DNA of 64,000 nucleotides, taken from contig CAVNZM010000007.1 in the NCBI GenBank assembly GCA_963693365.1, positions 6,879,962 through 6,943,961 of the forward strand, read 5' to 3'. Within the stretch, counting starts at the first letter, position 1; each line of letters begins with the position of its first letter. The notes below the pieces were generated by a model. The model was not told the origin of the DNA. It ran no database searches and saw only the letters and a list, made by a program, of their open reading frames with translations. The DNA comes from Amoebidium appalachense (taxonomy: Eukaryota > Protista > Ichthyosporea). Made by a program: the position numbers and the translations under genes. Below, piece by piece: positions 46,509-64,000 of the stretch.

Positions 46509-47645
46509 TTAAGGCCCGCCGCCCTTCTGCGGGGGGCTATCACTACTACTAGGTCTATTATTATGATCAAACCCAAACATGACACTTCTCGATCCTACCG
46601 CCCCAAGAATCACCGGCCCATTACTCACCACCAACTCGCTCGCGGGCAAGCGCCGCCTCCTCAACGCACCCAAGGCCCACGCGAGAATCAACGACACGCT
46701 CTGCGCACACAGCGTCGCCGTGTAGGCGTACTGCGGGAAAGAATACAGGGCTATACGCGTGTATAGTCGCGACACACCCAAACCGGCAGAAACCCACCAC
46801 AATGTCGCCATTACGATCAGAGCCATCGAGACGTAGAGATCGTGCCGTTTCAGCTGTCGGCGGACGGCCAAAAGGCAGAACGCCAAAACGCCGTCGCAAC
46901 CAAAAAGGAAAAGATGCCACGCCGTGTGTGCCCCCCTTAACCACACGAGCCCGACGAACTGGTACCGCGTGGGAGAGTTCATAATAATGACGGTGTGTAT
47001 GATAAACAACACCATAAACGGGAACGCCCCAAGAAAGATGTACATGTACATGATGTAGTTAAGGTTGCTCCTCAGCGAAACTTTCTTCACCCAAATCTTG
47101 TTCGGACAATAGTATATGAGCACAAGCCTCAACATGAGCGCCGAAAGAGGCAATACTCCCATCGCCCGCGCGAACCATAGCACCGGATTACTAAACAGCA
47201 AAAACAAATACGGCCCGGGATAGGTCTTTCCGTAGGACACCAAAAACCCGTCGTGGGCGAGGAGAAGAGGAAACGACATGGACATGACGATGAATGCGGG
47301 AAGTGGAATGATGTTCCGCGAACGAAACGTTGCGTCGCGCGTACGAAGCCGATATGCACACAGTAGAAAAACCACCACCAAGCAGTTAAAACCCGCCAGG
47401 GCATAACACACATACTCCTTTGTGCGCGCTTGGCTGGAGGTCAGCGGTGGGGCGGCGGCACGAAATTCAGCACTGGTCGAAAAGTCGAAAGCTATTAATA
47501 GCGCGGACATTACGATGGAGAGTGACACCAAAATTAACCCCACAATGAACGCATTCCGCCGTTGAAGTCTTAGCGGCTTTTCGAGGTTTCCTTCCACCGA
47601 CGCTTGGAGAACGGATTGGCCTGTTCCCTTTTGAGTGTGGAACAC
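46509..47645 (-). CDS. Intronless multipass membrane protein, GPCR-like (N-terminal hydrophobic segment plus 7 TM)
   Basis: 378-aa high-complexity ORF with about 8 hydrophobic segments and basic loops (RLRTRDATFRSR, LRLVLIYY, VRRQLKR, LRRRR). Confidence 0.75.
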   Translation of the reverse strand: MFHTQKGTGQSVLQASVEGNLEKPLRLQRRNAFIVGLILVSLSIVMSALLIAFDFSTSAEFRAAAPPLTSSQARTKEYVCYALAGFNCLVVVFLLCAYRLRTRDATFRSRNIIPLPAFIVMSMSFPLLLAHDGFLVSYGKTYPGPYLFLLFSNPVLWFARAMGVLPLSALMLRLVLIYYCPNKIWVKKVSLRSNLNYIMYMYIFLGAFPFMVLFIIHTVIIMNSPTRYQFVGLVWLRGAHTAWHLFLFGCDGVLAFCLLAVRRQLKRHDLYVSMALIVMATLWWVSAGLGVSRLYTRIALYSFPQYAYTATLCAQSVSLILAWALGALRRRRLPASELVVSNGPVILGAVGSRSVMFGFDHNNRPSSSDSPPQKGGGP

Positions 47646-49907
47646 GTTTGGTTAGGGTCACAAATGGTATTATGGAATGGAATTCCCATTGAATTTCCAG
47701 TGATTCCAAAATTTCAATGATGGGGAAAAGAGATGCGGGCCTTGTTTGCAGCGTGTGGGATCTTTCTAGTGGCTACTCCTAGTATTTGCAGGAAGACGAC
47801 TGTGAGTAAAAGTGCACGATGATACTGGCAGTGAAAAAAAAAAGATGACTTGCACATGTTGACCAAACAAGCACACTTAGTATTCAATACTGGTAATTTG
47901 AGAGGGCAACATAATGTTATAGCAGCTGCCCGGAAGCCAGCTCACTGCATGAACACAAGAAGCCATGATTCACTGATACCATTCGGAAAAGGAGAACAGT
48001 TGCCTTCTTATTCTTATTGCAGACTGAGTTCTCAAAGCAGGCTTGCCGCCCATACCCAGCAACAACATACCACTGCACCCGGGTACAGAACATGACAGTG
48101 CGACTTTACCACAGCTCATTCCGCAGGCCAAATAAGGTTTATTACATATTATCACATGGATAGTACCGTCAAGATAATACATCATTAGTGTGTAAGCGAA
48201 TCAATGGGAAAGAAAGGAGAGAAGGGAGGCTGGTACCTACCGGTAGGAGGACACTTCCCGACTGCAAACTTGGAGAATTGAAGTCACGAGGACCCATTTC
48301 TGCTTTAACTTCCACAAGTAGAAGTTACTCAAAACAAATAATCACTCAACTCACTACGTGCACCAGTAAATGCCAGGTGCAAAAAATAAACAGTAAGAAA
48401 GGGCTTATTCAGCCTGCTGCTACATCTATGATGTGCGTGAGATCTATTCTTCTTAGAGTGCACGTGAAGTCGTAGATGTAGAACGAAACCTTTCGAACAA
48501 ACCCGGCGCAATCAGACTTCGTAAGTTAAGGAAAAAGTTGCAACAAGACAGTGAAGGTCAAATAATACATCTCTAAAATCCCAGTTTTGGTGCTAACCCT
48601 TGCCGTTTGATGTTTCTGACTCAGTGAAGTTCCTTAGTTGCTGCCTGCATGTTTCGACGGAGTAAAGCTATGGGGTAGTCAAAAGCTGAGTTACGTGTCT
48701 GTCAGGATTTCGGAGTTCAATGAAAGCACGTGAGTTACGGTAAGTGTGGTGTTACAAGAATAGTGATTCAGTTTCAGTAAGGACGACAGATGGTCGATAA
48801 GAGTTACTTTCAACGCGTAAAACAAGAACATCCATTAGGCTAATAACGCCAGCTACAGCCAGGAATCAGCATTGTAATCAACTGTATTAGTTTGCCTTCT
48901 TGCACAACCAAGTTTTAGTCTTTCTTGAACCACCATGAACTTTCAAGCATATGTTTCGCCAGTTGTCCACTACTCTCCCGTGCAACAAGTAAGAACTTTC
49001 GTAAGATCGTGTGGTGTGAATACTGAGCCTCCTGGGAGGGCTGGGGGCTGTAACAATCGATATCCTATTTTTTATCTGATTTTTATTTGGGGCCGTGCCA
49101 CGAGTCATACCACCCACACAATTGTGAGAGAAAACAGGGGACTGGAACTTTCGACGACCTTCGAACGCGTTCTGTTGCGTGTGGCTGTCAACAGGGAATC
49201 TCCGTAGACAAACTCATCCAGAAATTTTTGAAGAATATCTCCTCCCCGAATCTTGGCGGAATGAGCATGAACTGTTAGCTAGTAACTTAGCTACGGGCAG
49301 AAAAAGATTAAATCAGATGGTGGGTTTTATTTAGTTATCTATTTTAGAAGAAGAAAAATCCTCCGAAAGTTTTTGTTTTTTGTAAACCCAATGTAGATCT
49401 ATTATTTATAGAAACCTGTACAGAGACAACCGCAGCGGACTGAAAGCGACAACGGTCTTGCAGTGCTATCCAAATTTGCACAAACATCGGTATGCAACTG
49501 GCGGGCCGTTTCGAATTCTGGCGCGCCGCCAACCGCATACCAAAGTGTAATTTTTATCCGCTGGCTTTCCGCCTTCGCAGTGCACTCACTTCGGAAACTT
49601 CACTCACGCTGACTCACACACCGACACAGCCCCAAAATAAGCCCTGAAAATACGGCCCAGAACGCACCCGGCCCCTCATGGACGGGGCCCGGGCACAGCC
49701 CAAGGTGAAGGGAACATGTTACACCGTCGTACCTAGACACTAGATATGGGATCACGGGCCCTTGGCCGAGCAGACATGTACAGGCGGAGGCGGTGCACGT
49801 GGTAGAGGACAGACTGATTGTAGGAGGAGGAGAAGAAAAGAGGAAGGTATTAGGCGGAGAGATTTAGAGAGGGCCGGAGGGGGGGAGAAGGGGGGGGGAG
49901 GGGGGAA

Positions 49908-49939
<32 letters not shown>

Positions 49940-50239
49940 AGGGCAGACCCCAGCCAGCTGTGCCGCTGAATCATTTTTTCGATAATGTCCAAGTTGAACG
50001 TGATTGTGACTTGGTTTTAACTCATCAGCTCTGGCAACTTTAGTAATCATTATGGAGGCCCAACTCGGTCCCGAAGGCCGTTGAACGTGACACTGTAATC
50101 AATCATTCATAAATCCCCAAACCACTACTATGTAGCTATACAGAAACAATCAGAATTTTTCCAACACGAAGCCCCTCCCCCCCCCCCCCCCCCCCCCCCC
50201 CCCCACACAAACACACGTGACACACGCACACACACAGTG

Positions 50240-50315
<76 letters not shown>

Positions 50316-50540
50316 AAAAGCCGGCAGCTCTGAGTCACTGGTCCACACAACATGCCACATTATGAATGCCAAAAACGTCATCCACACCGTAACTTTTGCC
50401 AATGGCCCATGCTGCAGATATAAGCTCTATACACTAAGCAAATTATTTTATTCTATTTCGGATTGGCATTCAATTTGCGAGATAAATAATAGGGTACTGC
50501 ATGGCATAATTTTCCCAGACACTGAACACTGTGAGAGCAA

Positions 50541-60332
<9,792 letters not shown>

Positions 60333-61128
60333 GTTTGAAGTGAAGCCTTTGGGTAACAGGAAGTGAAAGTGTGTGTGTGTGTGTATGGTTGTGTGGGAGA
60401 GAGAGGGTATGTACGCGTATGATTAGTGTAACCCCTTACGTTGTTGTGCGTGTGCTTATATGTGTGTGCGTGTGCTTGTAAATGGTTCGGAGATAGCGTT
60501 CGTTTGTCAGGCTAGGGCGTCCGGCTGGTAGGCGAGTTTGAAAAGTTTGGCCAAACACCCAAGGCTTTCAAGTTTTGCAGAGCTGGCTTGAGCCTGGCTC
60601 AGTCAAAAATTCAGATTAGCTTTATTTGGTTATCTGGCGGTGTTGTTTGAACCAATAGGAGGCAACTAGCTGACCCAGCTACCAATCAGAAATGTGATTG
60701 CAACGCTGGAATGCATGATGACTCGCTTGCAAGCAGAGTTGACGAAACTTGTTCCCTCGAGTCACTCCGACTCGAGAGCAGTTGAGACGTGGTGGGTTAA
60801 TGTAGATGAGTAAGTAGATGAGTGCCTGATTGATATGATATGGCAAGCCATATGTGTTGTAGAAAAGCAATTGAAAAGAGATGTGCTCTCTCTGTTCTGA
60901 TCTGTAGTTGATTTTGGCACCAAACGCTCCAACCAAATTACCTTTGATGACATACGATTTCAGCGGGGGTGCGCTCTCCTTCCCCTCTCTCTCCCTCGTC
61001 CACTCCCATTTTGACTCCAACTACGAACCCCCCACGCACCTTTATACACATACACATACGAAACAACGCCCAAGCACTTCATACAATACATATACCCACC
61101 TACCCATCTATAGTTCTAAACACCCAAC
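60333..61128. promoter_or_regulatory. Putative bidirectional promoter with CCAAT boxes
   Basis: About 800 bp separate the divergent ATGs at 60332 (-) and 61129 (+). ACCAATAG at about 60652 and ACCAATCAG at about 60681; the core has few microsatellites. Confidence 0.55.
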
Positions 61129-62057
61129 ATGACTACTAGGCCTGGGCAGACTAGGCGCAACAGCCACGCACTGCAGCGACCGCGTTCGCAAACCATCGCC
61201 CGTAGCCCCTCCATAAATGCTCCGGTATGATCTCTTCCCCCCCTCCCTTCTCCCCCCCCACCCCCCACCCCTTAAAAAACGATGGAAACCTCATCATCCC
61301 CCTCCTGGCTTCCCCTCGCCTTCTCGCCCCACCGTGTTCTCCCCTCCCTCTCCCCCCCCCCTTCCCCCCCCCCCTCCCCCCCCCCTCTTCCTCCCTCCCT
61401 CTCTCTCTTTCTCCCCCTTTCCTCCCACTTTACGGACCTATCTGCCCACCTCCCTCTCCAAACGTTTCGGGTCACGTCAGTTCACCATCTTTAATGTCGG
61501 GCTACCACAGCATCTTGGTGCATAGCACGTGCTCGTTTCTACTTGCTTTTTGCCCTTTGATGTAGTCCATGTCAGTCGTATTGTGTGCAACACTCCACCA
61601 TCCCTTTCTTCAACACTTGCCACACTCCCCACGAGCAATGGCCTTCACGAGCAACGATTATACACATGTGTGATCAATTACATCTGCCTGCTTCTCCACA
61701 TCCCATGTTACATCTTGCGTTGTGGCACTGGCTTCTTTTTTCCCCTTGCCCTGGACCTAAGCCACCCCCTTCCCCCCCCCCCTCCCCCCCCCTCCCCCCC
61801 CCCCCCCCCTCTTCCACCCCCAGTAAATGACATTCATCACCCCTCGGCAAACTTTCAATGCCATGTGCCTCATTATTTACCTGATTTGCTTCCTCTCGCC
61901 TACCCCCTCCCCCCCCCCCCCCCCCCCCCCGGGCCCCCTCCGTCTCCCCCGAAAAAAACAGAGAAATCCCGGGGCATGTCATAATGTTTTGCAATATGAC
62001 CTTCAGCCTCTTCACCCTTTCTATGGTCCTCGTCTCTCCCGCCTTTCCCTGTCCTCC

Positions 62058-62088
<31 letters not shown>

Positions 62089-62104
62089 ACACAGACACAG
62101 GCAA

Positions 62105-62185
<81 letters not shown>

Positions 62186-62337
62186 CAAACACCCACACAA
62201 ACACACACACACACCTACCCCATCATCCCACACCCCAACCCAATCCCTCTTGCTTTCCCAATAAAGGTCTTGAGTTGTCTGTCGAGCGCTACAGGTCAGC
62301 TGAATTTTTTCCTGCATGAATGTGTGTGTGTGTATGT

Positions 62338-62387
<50 letters not shown>

Positions 62388-62436
62388 GTGTGTGTGCTTA
62401 TATAGGTATGTATGTGTGTGTGTGTATGAATGCATG

Positions 62437-62475
<39 letters not shown>

Positions 62476-62601
62476 GTCAGCACACTCACATTAATTTCTC
62501 TACAGTCATCTGCAGGTGCACAGCCAGCCAGCAACCTCAAGTTGAAGCCAGTCAGCAGCACGGGTATGGTCCATGCAAATAGCATTGAGGTAAGTCCCCC
62601 C

Positions 62602-62660
<59 letters not shown>

Positions 62661-62700
62661 GACAGACACACTCGCGCGCGCACGCGGCGCACACACACGC

Positions 62701-62770
<70 letters not shown>

Positions 62771-62979
62771 ATACACACACACACACCTCCCTCCATCCCC
62801 CCCCCCCTCCCCCCCCCCCGTTCCCCGCCCCATTTCCCGGGCACACCAACCCCCTCGAGGTATGCTTTACCTGGTGCATTTCCTGCGCGCATAGCATGCA
62901 TCACCCCCCCCCCCCCCCCCCCCCCCCCCCTTCCAAAAAAAAAAAAAAAAAAAAAAACGTTTTGCTCACACATGTTTCC

Positions 62980-63012
<33 letters not shown>

Positions 63013-63211
63013 GGGGGGGGGGGGGGGGGAGGGGGTGCTCTTGGTTGTCTATTCAAGCTTCGTCCGAGTCTTTTACTGCTTAAACTTGATGTCGTTTTCC
63101 GTTTATCTTGGTACACGCACATTAGCAACCCTCCCTCCACCAACCTCGCCACCCACTCACCCACCCACCCACCTCCATCCACCCCTCCCACACACACAAA
63201 CACACACACAA

Positions 63212-63242
<31 letters not shown>

Positions 63243-63685
63243 ACCCCCCTACATTGGTCATTGCTGAAGTATACACATGCAGGCAAGCACACCCCGGCAC
63301 ACACACACAAACTCTCATGCTCAGGCACGCACAATTACACATTCCTGCCCCGTTATGTTCTCACCTTCCCACACCTTATCCGAAACCCACACACAGTTTC
63401 CCCCTTTCTCTTCCCCGTCGGCTTCCATCCCTTCCACGCCAAGGCCAGCACACACAAACTTGCGTAAACACACACACACACACATTCACTCACATACACA
63501 CTCCCTATCCTCCGTTTCCCTCCCGTTGATTACACACACGCACATACACACACATGCCCATGGACACACACACACACACACACACGTACAGCTTGGTTCA
63601 GAGCAAGATGGTGATTTCGAAGATGTGCCATTGGAGTTGCAACCAGAGACACTCACCGTACCCGGCCTACTGAGCCCACGATCAG
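61129..63685 (+). CDS. 5' part of an uncharacterised protein that runs off the window; exons 61129-61224, 62506-62589, 63592-63685
   Basis: [32 protein letters not shown]|[28 protein letters not shown]|[31 protein letters not shown], with donors gtatga, gtaagt and gtatta and consistent phases. Confidence 0.68.
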
Positions 63686-63806
63686 GTATTAATACTTTCT
63701 TCTCCCCCCCCCCCCCCCCCCCCCCCCCCAACACACACACACATGATTTTTTCTTTTGCTTCCATCCCTCTTTGCATATCCTACCCTCCCCCTCCCTCCC
63801 CCTCAT

Positions 63807-63837
<31 letters not shown>

Positions 63838-63882
63838 ACCCCCTCCCCTCCCCCCCCCCCAGCGCCCTGCGGGGGGTGAAAC

Positions 63883-64000
63883 TGTCGACACTCGGGTACT
63901 GTGGTTGACTTTGGCCCTCCCTGAGGATGGGCTGTGTTTATGATGCATACTCTTGTGTGTCCTCTGGCTGCATTGTGTTGTCCGTCGGGAATGTGTTATA
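63883..64000 (+). mobile_element. Poly(C)-tailed element copy (subfamily B), cut by the window end
   Basis: GTCGACACTCGGGTACTGTGGTTGACTTTGGCCCTCCCTGAGGATGGGCTGTGTTTATGATGCATACTC... Confidence 0.75.

Noticed and set aside
49955-50040. CTGATGA...GAAA...TC on the minus strand as a hammerhead ribozyme or C/D snoRNA
   Set aside because: Only part of stem II pairs, stem I does not close at the core, and there is no D box.

Overview
This is an intron-rich eukaryotic window, probably a unicellular opisthokont (inferred from the RPS23, GATA and SBK-like sequences). It is saturated with poly(C)/poly(G), (CA)n, (CT)n and (GCGT)n tracts, so most ORFs in the track are microsatellite artefacts. By reading splice sites I assembled eight genes: an intronless SBK-like Ser/Thr kinase, RPS23 (4 exons), RRN3/TIF-IA (14 exons), a Gln/Pro-rich protein with a helical C-terminus (5 exons), a GATA zinc-finger factor, an intronless 7-8TM receptor-like protein, a PX-BAR sorting nexin (10 exons, minus strand) and the 5' part of an unknown gene. 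Three genes carry 1-nt frameshifts at homopolymers, most likely assembly errors. The strongest candidate for something new is a family of short dispersed elements (about 10 copies) with a fixed 3' end CATTCRAA followed by a poly(C) tail, variable 5' ends and one clear target-site duplication. It looks like a poly(C)-tailed retroposon that inserts into C-runs. Also notable are an apparent splicing grammar (C-run after the donor, CA-run before the acceptor), a 1.9-kb two-subunit G-rich minisatellite, a duplicated exon end inside an RRN3 intron, and a candidate unannotated Cys-rich gene. All exon coordinates were read by eye.
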